A program made the position numbers and the translations under genes. Below, one piece after another: positions 28,409-38,168 of a stretch of 64,000 nt of DNA (position 1 is its first letter; the number at the start of each line of letters is the position of its first letter). Source of the stretch: Lactobacillales bacterium (lineage in GTDB: Bacteria; Bacillota; Bacilli; Lactobacillales; Streptococcaceae); NCBI GenBank assembly GCA_031288715.1, contig JAITQW010000001.1, positions 7,186 to 71,185 of the forward strand, written 5' to 3'. The notes beneath the pieces were generated by a model. That model was given only the letters and a program-made list of their open reading frames with translations, was not told the origin of the DNA and ran no database searches.

Positions 28409-30628
28409 ATGAAAATGTGGAAAAAATTAATTTTTAAGATCAATGAAAATTCTTTAGGGCCTGTAAAGAATAGAAAGTATGTAGGAAAAATTTTATTTTA
28501 TATAACTCTTATTTTTTTTATCATTTGTGTATATCGAGTAGGTAGGATTGTAATAACAGGAAAAGTTAGCGAAGTTTCATTAGAGCAGAAGACCAAAGAG
28601 TTGTATGAAGGAACTAAAGTCGTTCAGGCTAAGCGAGGGGTGATTTATGATCGCAACGGAAATTCAATTGCTGAGAATGCCTATTTTTATTCCGTGAAAG
28701 CCATTCTCTCGACAACGTTTACGTCAGGAAATAAAAAATTATATGTGCAAGAGAAGGATTTCTATCCAATTGCAGAAATATTGCAGAAATATTTGGCTAT
28801 TGATTCGAAAGAAGCGATGAAGACAATGAAAGAGGGAGTTGAGAGGGAGCTTTATCAAGTAGAATTTGGTACTAAGGGTCGAGAAATTTCTTTAAATACT
28901 CGTCAAGCGATTCAAGAGGAGATGAAAAAGCAGCATTTAGAGGGACTTCAATTTGACGAGCAACCTGGACGAAGTTATCCAAATGGAGATTTTGCCTCAC
29001 ACTTGATTGGGTTTATCAAGCGAAAAGAAGAAGGCATTGAAGGAGCATTTGGATTAGAGGCTGCTTATGAAGATATCTTGTGTGGTAAAAGTGGAAGGGT
29101 TGCTTATGAGAAGGATAGTGATGGCAATCCAATGCCTGGAACAGAGGCAATAAAGAAGAGAGCAATTAATGGAAAGGATATCTATACGACCTTAGATATT
29201 CATTTGCAAAATTATTTAGAAACCTTGATGAGTGAGCTGCAGAAAGAGCAAGGTCCTGAAAATATGACTGCAACTTTGATGGATGCAAAGACGGGAGAAA
29301 TTTTAGCAATGTCGCAACGTCCTTCATTTAATCCAGAAACGAAAAAGGGATTGACCGATGAAAAAATGGATTGGAAGAATATTCCGATACAAGATAGTTT
29401 TGAACCTGGTTCAACAATGAAGGCAGTGATGGCTGCGATTGCTGAAAATGAAGGAAAATTTAGTCCAGATGCTCCTTATATAGCGGGAGTGCGTGAAATT
29501 TACGACCGACAGGTTGGAGATTGGGATTACAATGATCGAAGGGTAGGTTTTCATACTTTAACGTTTCTTCAAGGGTTGGCAGCTTCTAGTAATGTGGGAA
29601 TGACTTACTTGAAAGACTTTGTTGGCGGAGATGCGCTTCATTTATATCAGCAGCGTTTTGGTTTTGGTCAATTTTTAGGTAATGGTATTGGTGGAGATTC
29701 TTATGGAGATCTTCCAAAAGTTAATTCGCCTGTGGATATGACGATGTCTTCTTTTGGTCAGGCAATTACGGTGACGGGAATGCAGATGATGCGTGCATAT
29801 AGTGCTATTGCGAATAATGGAAGGATGCTTGAGCCGCATTTTATTTCTAAGATTGTGAATTCTAGTGAAAATCTTGAGAAGAAAGTAGAACCAGAAGTGA
29901 TGGGCTGTCCGATTCGTGAACAAGCAGCGAGGAATGTGCGAAAATATTTAGAGCAAGTGGTAAAAGATCCAGTACATGGAGTGGGGTACAATCAAGCAAC
30001 GCAGAAAGGATTTTTTGATGTTCCTGGAGTGGATCTGTCAGTTAAGACGGGAACGGCTGAGATTGCTAAAACAGATGGGACAGGTTTCATTAAAGGAAAT
30101 TATTTGTATTCTGCAGCAGTGATTGCGCCGTCAGAAGATCCTGAATTTATTTTGTATGTAACGTGTAAATTACCAAAGAAGTATCATGCGGGGATGATTC
30201 CAGAAATTACAAATCCTTTGTTAAAACGAGCATTTAGTAAGCAAACGCAAGTTTCTGATGAATTTTCAAGAGTAAATGAAGAGATTACGATTGCTAATTA
30301 TAAAGGGAAAAGTCCGCGAGATGCTGAGAATAATGCGAGGCATGATGTTTTGCAGGTAACAGTTGTTGGGGATGGAACAAAAGTGATTGATCAGTCGATT
30401 AAAGCAAAAACGAAGACTTCGCCAAATACACGAATAATTATACGAGCAAATGGAGAAATGCAGATGCCTGACGTGACAGGATGGAAGAAGAGTGATATGG
30501 AGCAACTTGCTAGAATTATGAATATTAAGGTAAAGTATTCTGGAAAAGGTGAGTTGGTCATTTCACAAAGTGTTGCTTCGTATTTAGGCATTCAAGAAGG
30601 TACTCAAGTAGACATAGGTCTTGGATGA
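28409..30628 (+). CDS. Class B penicillin-binding protein (PBP2B/FtsI-type) with C-terminal PASTA domains
   Basis: Transpeptidase motifs GSTMK, SSN, KTGTA, with two PASTA-like repeats at the C-terminus. dcw position. Confidence 0.9.
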   Translation: MKMWKKLIFKINENSLGPVKNRKYVGKILFYITLIFFIICVYRVGRIVITGKVSEVSLEQKTKELYEGTKVVQAKRGVIYDRNGNSIAENAYFYSVKAILSTTFTSGNKKLYVQEKDFYPIAEILQKYLAIDSKEAMKTMKEGVERELYQVEFGTKGREISLNTRQAIQEEMKKQHLEGLQFDEQPGRSYPNGDFASHLIGFIKRKEEGIEGAFGLEAAYEDILCGKSGRVAYEKDSDGNPMPGTEAIKKRAINGKDIYTTLDIHLQNYLETLMSELQKEQGPENMTATLMDAKTGEILAMSQRPSFNPETKKGLTDEKMDWKNIPIQDSFEPGSTMKAVMAAIAENEGKFSPDAPYIAGVREIYDRQVGDWDYNDRRVGFHTLTFLQGLAASSNVGMTYLKDFVGGDALHLYQQRFGFGQFLGNGIGGDSYGDLPKVNSPVDMTMSSFGQAITVTGMQMMRAYSAIANNGRMLEPHFISKIVNSSENLEKKVEPEVMGCPIREQAARNVRKYLEQVVKDPVHGVGYNQATQKGFFDVPGVDLSVKTGTAEIAKTDGTGFIKGNYLYSAAVIAPSEDPEFILYVTCKLPKKYHAGMIPEITNPLLKRAFSKQTQVSDEFSRVNEEITIANYKGKSPRDAENNARHDVLQVTVVGDGTKVIDQSIKAKTKTSPNTRIIIRANGEMQMPDVTGWKKSDMEQLARIMNIKVKYSGKGELVISQSVASYLGIQEGTQVDIGLG

Positions 30629-30652
30629 ATTGATGGAAAATGAGAGAAAATA

Positions 30653-31651
30653 ATGATAATTACTATTAATTTGATCGCTTCTTTGATTTTAAGTTTCGTA
30701 TTTGTAGTATTTATATTACCGTGGTTTATTGCCTATTTCCAAAGGAAGAAATTGGGACAACCAACTTTGGAAGATGTGAAACAACATACGGAAAAATTAG
30801 GAACGCCAACGATGGGAGGAGTCGTTTTTTTAGCAGGGACGTTTATTACGACATTGTTTAGTGCGTTTTATCTACGTTTTTTTAGTATTCAATTACTAGC
30901 ATTGTTGTTTGTATTAGTATTGTACGGATTGTTGGGTTTTTTGGACGATTTTCTAAAAGTATTTCGGCAGCAAAACGAGGGATTGAAGCCTAAGCAGAAG
31001 TTTTGTGGACAGATTTTAGGTGGAGTTATATTTTTCTTATTGCTTATGAAAAGTGATTTCCTTTTGGAGTTAAACATATTTGGAATTTGGCATATTTCAC
31101 TAGGTTGGCTCTATCTGGCGTTCATTGTTTTTTGGATGGTAGGTTTTTCAAATGCAGTGAATTTGACAGATGGAATTGATGGTTTGGTTTCAATTCTGAT
31201 GGTTATTTCGTTGTCTGCATATGCAGTGTTAGCTTGGATTCAAGAACAAATGGATATTTTGGTGTTGATTGTATCGTTGATCGGAGCGTTATTGGCATTT
31301 TTCTTGTTTAATCGAAAACCTGCAAAAATTTTTATGGGTGATGTAGGATCATTAGCGTTGGGTGGAGTTTTATCTGCAATTTCTATTCAACTGCATCAAG
31401 AATGGACGTTATTGTTCATTGGAATTGTATATGTGTTGGAGACATTATCAGTGATGTTACAAGTGACGTACTTTAAATTGACTGGTGGAAAGAGAATTTT
31501 TCGAATGACTCCGATTCACCATCATTTTGAATTAGGCGGTTTTACTGGCAAGGGTAAGTCTTGGAGCGAATGGGAAGTGAATTTCGCTTTTTGGCTTGTC
31601 GGATTAATAGGAGCTCTAGTAACGTTGGTTTATATATTTATTGTGATATAA
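30653..31651 (+). CDS. mraY: Phospho-N-acetylmuramoyl-pentapeptide transferase
   Basis: [26 protein letters not shown] motifs. Confidence 0.95.
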   Translation: MIITINLIASLILSFVFVVFILPWFIAYFQRKKLGQPTLEDVKQHTEKLGTPTMGGVVFLAGTFITTLFSAFYLRFFSIQLLALLFVLVLYGLLGFLDDFLKVFRQQNEGLKPKQKFCGQILGGVIFFLLLMKSDFLLELNIFGIWHISLGWLYLAFIVFWMVGFSNAVNLTDGIDGLVSILMVISLSAYAVLAWIQEQMDILVLIVSLIGALLAFFLFNRKPAKIFMGDVGSLALGGVLSAISIQLHQEWTLLFIGIVYVLETLSVMLQVTYFKLTGGKRIFRMTPIHHHFELGGFTGKGKSWSEWEVNFAFWLVGLIGALVTLVYIFIVI

Positions 31652-31675
31652 TGCTGAATTTATGTGTGCTTGACT

Positions 31676-31699
31676 TTAGAGCCTGTTAACAGGCTCTAA
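31676..31699. repeat. Family D palindrome
   Basis: ttagagcctgttaacaggctctaa is a perfect 22-nt palindrome 25 nt after the mraY stop. Half-site variants lie at 37885-37897/38045-38055, 41463-41484, 48918-48935, 51267-51280, 51316-51331 and 59310-59326. Confidence 0.85.
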
Positions 31700-31723
31700 T
31701 ATAAATTTTGCATGCATTTTATA

Positions 31724-31754
31724 TAAAAAAAACTGATGATCAAAAGGTCATCAG
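31724..31754 (-). terminator. Orphan minus-strand intrinsic terminator
   Basis: 9-bp stem ctgatgatc/ggtcatcag with loop aaaa. The A8 run on the plus strand gives a U-tail only for a minus-strand transcript. There is no annotated minus-strand gene upstream of it. Confidence 0.5.
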
Positions 31755-32308
31755 CACTATATAAAGGTCGAAAAATGAAGTTCCTCCTAAAATAACATAG
31801 AAGAGTAAGGGCATACACTTTATAGTGAACGTTCCAAATTAAAACAAATGTAGTATTTTAGCAATTGATTAAAAAAAAACGAGTGAAAAATAATTTTCCA
31901 CTAATACTTTTCAATGGGGAGTATTTCTTACGCAAAAAGGTATTAAGTATTAAAATTTCAAAGTCTGGGGGGACTTTAATGTCTATACTGCCAAGAATTG
32001 TAAGAAAGAACTGTTGAAAAGTATTCACTATCCGTTAAAATAAGAGGAATTACTTTTTCTTTCATTGAAGTGAAAACTTCAACTACCTCTACGTATAAGA
32101 TGATACATTATTTTAGATAGTTAGATTGAAATTTTACATATATGAGAATTTTAGAATCAATTGACTTTAAAAAGTGGCTGTTTATCTGTTTTTCTTAGAG
32201 TAAAATAACAAGAATTGATTTTAAAAAGAAAAAGTTAAAAGTTATTTAACAGGCATTAATTAACATAAAGTAAGTGAAGTGATTTTTTTCACAGAAAGGA
32301 GGAAAACA

Positions 32309-33709
32309 TTGAAGCAGAAAAGGGAAGCACTTGATACTATTGCGGCAATTTCAACGCCACATGGAGAAGGAGCTATTGCGATTGTACGATTAACTGGAGA
32401 AAGGTCAATAGAAATAGCAGCACAGATTTTTCTCCAAGGTAAGAAATCATTGAAGGATGTTTCAAGTCATACTATTCATTACGGACATATAAAGAATCCT
32501 AGAACAGAGGCATTAGTGGATGAGGTTATGGTGAGTGTGATGCGTGCACCAAAGACATTTACTTATGAAGATGTTGTGGAAATTAATTGTCACGGAGGAG
32601 GAGTAGCAGCCAATCAAATATTGCAGCTGCTGTTGCATGAAGGAGCTCGGATGGCTGAACCAGGAGAATTTACTAAACGAGCATTTTTGAACGGAAGGAT
32701 TGATCTTTCGCAAGCCGAAGCAGTGATGGATTTGATTAGGGCTAAAACAGATCAAGCAAAAGATATGGCAATGGGACAATTGGACGGCAACTTGTCCCAT
32801 TTGGTTCGCTCTTTACGTCAGGATATTTTGGAAACGATTGCTGAAGTAGAGGTAAATATTGATTATCCTGAGTATGATGCAGTTGAAGATATGACAAAAA
32901 ATAAATTGAAGATAAAAGTGGAATCTGTTTGCTTGGAATTGAAATCTTTATTGACAAGTGCAAAGCAGGGCAAGATTTTACGTGAAGGTCTTAAAGTAGC
33001 AATTGTTGGACGACCAAATGTTGGGAAATCTTCGTTGTTGAATGCTTTGTTGCGGGAAGAAAAGGCGATTGTTACAGATGTTGCAGGGACGACACGAGAT
33101 GTTATTGAAGAGCTGGTGAACATTCGTGGGATCCCAATAAAATTGATTGATACTGCAGGAATTAGGGAAACGAATGATGTAGTAGAGAAGTTAGGTGTAG
33201 AACGTTCGTATAAAGCGCTTCAAGAAGCAGATTTAGTGTTGTTGATGTTGAATGCAAGTGAGATGTTAAATCAAGAAGATTTAGAATTGTTGGAAGTAAC
33301 CAAAAATATGAAGCGTATGGTATTGTTAAATAAGATTGATTTATTTTCTAATCTTTCTATGAAAGAAGTTAAAAAATTTGTAGATGAGGGATCAATTATA
33401 AAAATTTCTGTTTGGAACCGTGAAGGGTTTAATCAGCTAGAGGAGAGAATTTCAAAATTATTTTTTAGCGGGAAAGTTTCTATCAATAAAGATGCAACCT
33501 ATTTGTCTAATACTAGGCATATCACGTTGATTCAGCAGGCGCAAGAATCTTTAAGTAAAGCATTAACAGGAATTGATGAAAAGATGCCGATTGATTTAAT
33601 ACAAATTGATGTAGTTCATTGCTGGGAGCTTCTTGGCGAAATTGTCGGTGAGTCGGTGAGCGATGAGTTGATTACGCAATTGTTTAGTCAATTTTGTTTG
33701 GGAAAATGA
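32309..33709 (+). CDS. mnmE: tRNA modification GTPase MnmE
   Basis: [21 protein letters not shown]1 [15 protein letters not shown]-terminal FCLGK. TTG start 6 nt after AGGAGG (the ORF track starts at 32279). Confidence 0.93.
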   Translation: MKQKREALDTIAAISTPHGEGAIAIVRLTGERSIEIAAQIFLQGKKSLKDVSSHTIHYGHIKNPRTEALVDEVMVSVMRAPKTFTYEDVVEINCHGGGVAANQILQLLLHEGARMAEPGEFTKRAFLNGRIDLSQAEAVMDLIRAKTDQAKDMAMGQLDGNLSHLVRSLRQDILETIAEVEVNIDYPEYDAVEDMTKNKLKIKVESVCLELKSLLTSAKQGKILREGLKVAIVGRPNVGKSSLLNALLREEKAIVTDVAGTTRDVIEELVNIRGIPIKLIDTAGIRETNDVVEKLGVERSYKALQEADLVLLMLNASEMLNQEDLELLEVTKNMKRMVLLNKIDLFSNLSMKEVKKFVDEGSIIKISVWNREGFNQLEERISKLFFSGKVSINKDATYLSNTRHITLIQQAQESLSKALTGIDEKMPIDLIQIDVVHCWELLGEIVGESVSDELITQLFSQFCLGK

Positions 33710-33787
33710 CTGTTGATATACAGTCTTTCTTTTCTATGGTTAATAAGTTAAAATAGGGACATTGAAGCGAGAGAGAGGGAAGAAATA

Positions 33788-34501
33788 ATGGAAATAGAAC
33801 ACATTGATGAGCATTCGATACGTGTGTTAATTTGTATGGAAGATTTAGAAAAACGTGGCATTAACTTGTTAGAGATGATGGAAAGTCAAGTTAAAACTGA
33901 GAGTTTTTTTTATAGCATCATTGAAGAATTTAACATTCAGGACAAATTTGAAGATATGAGTCAAGTGTCTTTTCAATTAATGCCAAGTGCGCAGTTTCAT
34001 AATTCGATTGAATTAGTGATTTCTTGTGGAGATTCTCCTGTTTTTCAAGATCCGCTAAGTTTTATGGATCAGTTAAAAAATCCAATTTTTTCAAACGGAG
34101 AACCTGCGCTTTTGGATCCCTCTAAAAGTAATTTGGAAAAAAAGAGAAAAAAGAAAAAGAACTCTCTTTTTTCAGAAGAGGAGTTGTTGAAGGAAAAACT
34201 TTACAAGCAAGCAAATTTTGTTTTAGAATTCATGGATTTTGAAGCAATTATCGAATTGGTACAAACCGTGAATTTGGAAAGTGTCCTTACTACGAGTTTG
34301 TTTGATATGAATCAGAAATTTTATTTGCATGTGTTTTTTGATCTCAATTTAACTTCTAAACAAAGAATGGAAAATATTAAGTCAGTGTTACGAGAATTTG
34401 GAAAAGAGTCGAAAGCGACTATTGAGGAATTACAAGAACATGGAAGGCAGTTGAGCACTACAGATAATGCCTTGCAGGAATTGAGACAACATTTTTGTTA
34501 A
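33788..34501 (+). CDS. mecA: Adapter protein MecA
   Basis: MEIEHIDEHSIRVLICMEDLEKRGI N-terminus, Lys-rich linker, C-terminal ClpC-binding domain. Confidence 0.85.
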   Translation: MEIEHIDEHSIRVLICMEDLEKRGINLLEMMESQVKTESFFYSIIEEFNIQDKFEDMSQVSFQLMPSAQFHNSIELVISCGDSPVFQDPLSFMDQLKNPIFSNGEPALLDPSKSNLEKKRKKKKNSLFSEEELLKEKLYKQANFVLEFMDFEAIIELVQTVNLESVLTTSLFDMNQKFYLHVFFDLNLTSKQRMENIKSVLREFGKESKATIEELQEHGRQLSTTDNALQELRQHFC

Positions 34502-34677
34502 TGAAACGACAAGGCACTTGTCTGTAGAAAAATTATCCTTGATCGCATGTATCGAGGATTTTTTGATTTTGGTAAATTCAGAAATAAATAATTATGATTT
34601 TAGAACAATTTAGATTAGAGGGTAAAAACATAGAAAACATCATCACTTATTGGAATGATTGAAATGAGGTAAAAGTT

Positions 34678-35976
34678 ATGAGAAAGTCCAAAAGAGTTCA
34701 GCGACCAAAGGGAACGAATGACTTATTGATAGATGAAATTAAAAATTGGCAATATTTAGAAAAAATAGCACAAGAAGTGTTTAAAATTTATCAATTTTTT
34801 GAAATTCGGACTCCTTTGTTTGAGCATTATGAGGTTTTTTCTCGTGCGGTTGGGGACACTTCTGATATTGTTTCCAAAGAGATGTATGATTTTTATGATA
34901 AAGGGGAACGTCACATTGCTTTGCGACCTGAAGGGACAGCAGGGGTAGTGCGCGCATTTGTAGAAAATAAATTATTTGGTCCGGAATATGGTAAGCCTTA
35001 CAAAGTTTATTATTTAGGTCCCATGTTTCGTTATGAGCGTCCGCAAGCGGGAAGACTTCGCCAGTTTTATCAATTGGGAGTTGAAGCTTTTGGTTCGAAA
35101 AATCCTGCTACAGATGTAGAAATCATAGCTATGTTGATGCAATTTTTCGATCGTCTAGAACTTAAAAAGAATCGACTTGTGATTAATTCTTTGGGTGATA
35201 AGGAAAGTCGTGAAGTTTATCGTAAAGCTTTGATTGAGTTTTTAGAACTTAAAATGGAGCAATTAAGTGAGGATTCTAAGCATCGTTTGTATAAAAATCC
35301 TTTACGTGTACTAGACTCTAAGGATGAGAGAGACAAAAAGGTTGTGGCTGATGCCCCTTCTATTTTAGACTATTTGAATGAGGAATCTATGCAACATTTT
35401 TCAAAGGTCAAGAGTATGTTGGGAGCATTAGAAATTCCTTATGAAATTGATCATAGAATGGTTCGTGGACTTGATTATTACAACCACACCATTTTTGAAG
35501 TGATGAATGATGCGATTCTTGGAGTTCAGACAACGATTGCTGCAGGTGGACGTTACGACGGTTTAGTGGAATACTTTGGTGGTCCTGCGACACCGGGTTT
35601 TGGTTTTGCCATTGGTGTGGAACGTTTGTTGATGACACTAGCTGCAGAGGGAGTAGAGCTTCCATCTAAAAGTCCCATCGATGTTTATGTTGTGAGCATA
35701 GGGGACGTAGCTGATGAGCAAAGTCTGAAGATTGTGCAAGACATTCGTAAAGCTGGTTTTTCGACAGAGCAAGATTTTTTGGGAAGAAAGGCGAAAGCTC
35801 AGTTTAAGGCAGCAGATAAATTAAAAGCAAAATTGATTATGACCGTAGGTGAGAGTGAGCTTTTGGCAAAAAAAATTAAGATTAAAGTTGTGCAGACACA
35901 AGAAGAGACTTTAATTTCTCTTGAGAGAATTCGTACAGATTTTGCGACGGTTTATAAAGAGTTGTTAAATGAGTAA
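34678..35976 (+). CDS. hisS: Histidine--tRNA ligase
   Basis: Class II motifs ([33 protein letters not shown]). Confidence 0.95.
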   Translation: MRKSKRVQRPKGTNDLLIDEIKNWQYLEKIAQEVFKIYQFFEIRTPLFEHYEVFSRAVGDTSDIVSKEMYDFYDKGERHIALRPEGTAGVVRAFVENKLFGPEYGKPYKVYYLGPMFRYERPQAGRLRQFYQLGVEAFGSKNPATDVEIIAMLMQFFDRLELKKNRLVINSLGDKESREVYRKALIEFLELKMEQLSEDSKHRLYKNPLRVLDSKDERDKKVVADAPSILDYLNEESMQHFSKVKSMLGALEIPYEIDHRMVRGLDYYNHTIFEVMNDAILGVQTTIAAGGRYDGLVEYFGGPATPGFGFAIGVERLLMTLAAEGVELPSKSPIDVYVVSIGDVADEQSLKIVQDIRKAGFSTEQDFLGRKAKAQFKAADKLKAKLIMTVGESELLAKKIKIKVVQTQEETLISLERIRTDFATVYKELLNE

Positions 35977-36045
35977 AAATTTAATAGAAAATGGTAATAA
36001 TTGATTAAAATAGTGGCTGAAAAGTAATTATAAGAGGTAGTTAAC

Positions 36046-37815
36046 ATGGTAAAGCGAACGCATTATGCAGGTGAAGTAACGGAAAAATTTTTGGGAGAAT
36101 ACGTCACAATCAAAGGTTGGGTGCAAAGGCGTAGAAATCTTGGAGGATTGATTTTTGTTGATGTTCGTGATCGTTGTGGAATTGTGCAAGTTGTTTTGAA
36201 TCCGCAGACGGTTGAAAAAGATGTGGTGCAAATTGCTGAATCTTTACGTAATGAGTTTGTAGTAGAAATTACGGGCGAAGTGGTGGAACGTTTGTCTAAG
36301 AATTCCAAAATGAAAACAGGAGCTATTGAAATTGTTGCATCAAAGATTTCTATTTTGGCAGAAGCGAAAACACCGCCGTTTGCGATTGAAGATAACATAG
36401 AAAGTAGTGAAGATCTTCGTTTACGGTATCGCTATTTAGATTTACGTCGACCAGTTATGCAAAAAAATCTAAGAATACGTTCTAAAGTCACTGCGGCAAC
36501 GCATGAGTATTTGGATAAAAATGGTTTTATTAATATTGAAACGCCTATTTTGGCAAAATCCACTCCCGAGGGAGCACGAGATTATTTGGTTGCTTCTAGA
36601 GTTTATCAAGGACATTTTTATGCATTGCCTCAATCTCCTCAATTGTTCAAGCAATTATTAATGGGTTCTGGTTTTGATCGTTATTATCAGATTGCTCGTT
36701 CATTTCGAGATGAGGATTTGCGCGGAGATCGTCAGCCTGAATTTACACAGCTAGATTTAGAGGTATCGTTTTTGGATCAAGAAGAAATTCGAGAGATTAT
36801 CGGTGAATTGATTCAGCAAATTATGAAAAAGGCGATAGATGTAGAGGTAGATCCAACTAAATTTCCTGTATTAACGTTTGCGGAGTCAATGAATCGTTTT
36901 GGAACAGATAAGCCCGATTTGCGCTTTGGTATGGAATTGGTTGATTTATCTGATTTGGCAAGAGATTCCAAATTTGAAGTATTCGCGAATGCTGTGAAGA
37001 AGAGTGGACAAGTCAAAGGAATTACTGTTCCAAATGGTGCGGATAAATATTCTCGTAAGAATATAGACCAATTTACTCAGTATATTGAGCGCTTCAAAGC
37101 GCGTGGACTTGCTTGGGTAAGAGTAACAGAAGAAGGCTTAAGCGGTCCGATTGCCAAGTTTTTAGTAGAGCAACGAGAAGAATTATTGGTGAAAATGGAA
37201 GCAAAAGAGGGGGATTTGTTGTTCTTTGTTGCGGATTCTGCGAATGTAGTAGCGCAGTCGCTTGATTATTTGCGTCGGCAAACGGCTAAAGAATTAGGTC
37301 TCATTAAGAAAGATAGATGGGAGTATGCATGGATTGTGGATTGGCCGTTGTTTGAATATGATGAAGAAAATGACCGTTTTGCTGCAGCTCATCATCCGTT
37401 TACGATGCCTAGAGTTGAAGATCTTCCCTTGTTAGATGATTCCGAAAAGGTATACGAAGCACAGGCTAATGCATATGATTTAGTGTTAAATGGTGTAGAA
37501 TTAGGTTCTGGTTCGATTCGGATTCATCGGATGGACATTCAAGAAAAAATGTTGAAAGCTTTAGGATTTACTCCAGAGCTTGCACAGGAATCGTTTGGAT
37601 TTTTATTGACGGCGATGGAGTACGGCTTTCCACCAATGGGCGGAATGGGCTTAGGACTTGATCGTTTGGTTATGCTGCTTACTGGAGAAGAGACAATTCG
37701 AGAAGTGATTGCATTTCCAAAAAATAATCGAGCGAGTGAACCTATGATGAATGCACCTACAAGAGTCAGCGCAGAACAATTAGAGGAACTTGGAATGGGT
37801 GGGATATTCGATTGA
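36046..37815 (+). CDS. aspS: Aspartate--tRNA ligase
   Basis: OB-fold N-terminus, [27 protein letters not shown]. hisS-aspS operon order. Confidence 0.95.
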   Translation: MVKRTHYAGEVTEKFLGEYVTIKGWVQRRRNLGGLIFVDVRDRCGIVQVVLNPQTVEKDVVQIAESLRNEFVVEITGEVVERLSKNSKMKTGAIEIVASKISILAEAKTPPFAIEDNIESSEDLRLRYRYLDLRRPVMQKNLRIRSKVTAATHEYLDKNGFINIETPILAKSTPEGARDYLVASRVYQGHFYALPQSPQLFKQLLMGSGFDRYYQIARSFRDEDLRGDRQPEFTQLDLEVSFLDQEEIREIIGELIQQIMKKAIDVEVDPTKFPVLTFAESMNRFGTDKPDLRFGMELVDLSDLARDSKFEVFANAVKKSGQVKGITVPNGADKYSRKNIDQFTQYIERFKARGLAWVRVTEEGLSGPIAKFLVEQREELLVKMEAKEGDLLFFVADSANVVAQSLDYLRRQTAKELGLIKKDRWEYAWIVDWPLFEYDEENDRFAAAHHPFTMPRVEDLPLLDDSEKVYEAQANAYDLVLNGVELGSGSIRIHRMDIQEKMLKALGFTPELAQESFGFLLTAMEYGFPPMGGMGLGLDRLVMLLTGEETIREVIAFPKNNRASEPMMNAPTRVSAEQLEELGMGGIFD

Positions 37816-37897
37816 CGAGCTATGCCACGTTTCTCGCGCTTCGCGATTAAAAATCACTCACAGGAAAATCGCTTGTCAATCGTTAATAGGCTCTTAT

Positions 37898-38044
37898 CAC
37901 GCCAAACGCATGAAAGAATTGTAAGAAAAAATAAGCGTGAGAGAAGTATTTTAAGCGAATGTTTTATAAAAAAATTGTTCAAAAAATTTTAAATCGCTTA
38001 AAATTATTCTCTATAAGCCCAAAAATTCTTCATGCGTTTGACGT
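37898..38044 (+). mobile_element. MITE family B, copy 2, with 9-bp target-site duplication
   Basis: TIRs cacgccaaacgcatgaaagaatt ... aattcttcatgcgtttgacgtg. Identical ggctcttat immediately on both sides (37889-37897 and 38045-38053). No ORF. Confidence 0.8.
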
Positions 38045-38168
38045 GGGCTCTTATAAATATTGACACATACTTTTATTTTACTTTTTCTGTTTATTTGAGT
38101 TTCTCAAGCGGTTTACTACAAAGAATTAAAGGTGATTATTTAATATTATGTAAGTTTGTAATGGGGAT

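Noticed and set aside
31755-31800. AGGAGG on the minus strand near 31780, as the RBS of a small toxin-like peptide (type I TA idea).
   Set aside because: No ATG/GTG/TTG at suitable spacing (the only candidate is ATT). The downstream reading frame is not hydrophobic in the way Fst/Ldr-type toxins are. It is retained only as a possible sRNA.
34502-34677. Possible T-box leader upstream of hisS-aspS, and likewise upstream of trpS at 59274-59418.
   Set aside because: The leaders are only about 175 and about 145 nt. I could not find a specifier-loop/AGAGA stem I or the conserved T-box sequence (AANNNGGGTGGTACCGCG-like). The hisS spacer is mostly the mecA terminator.
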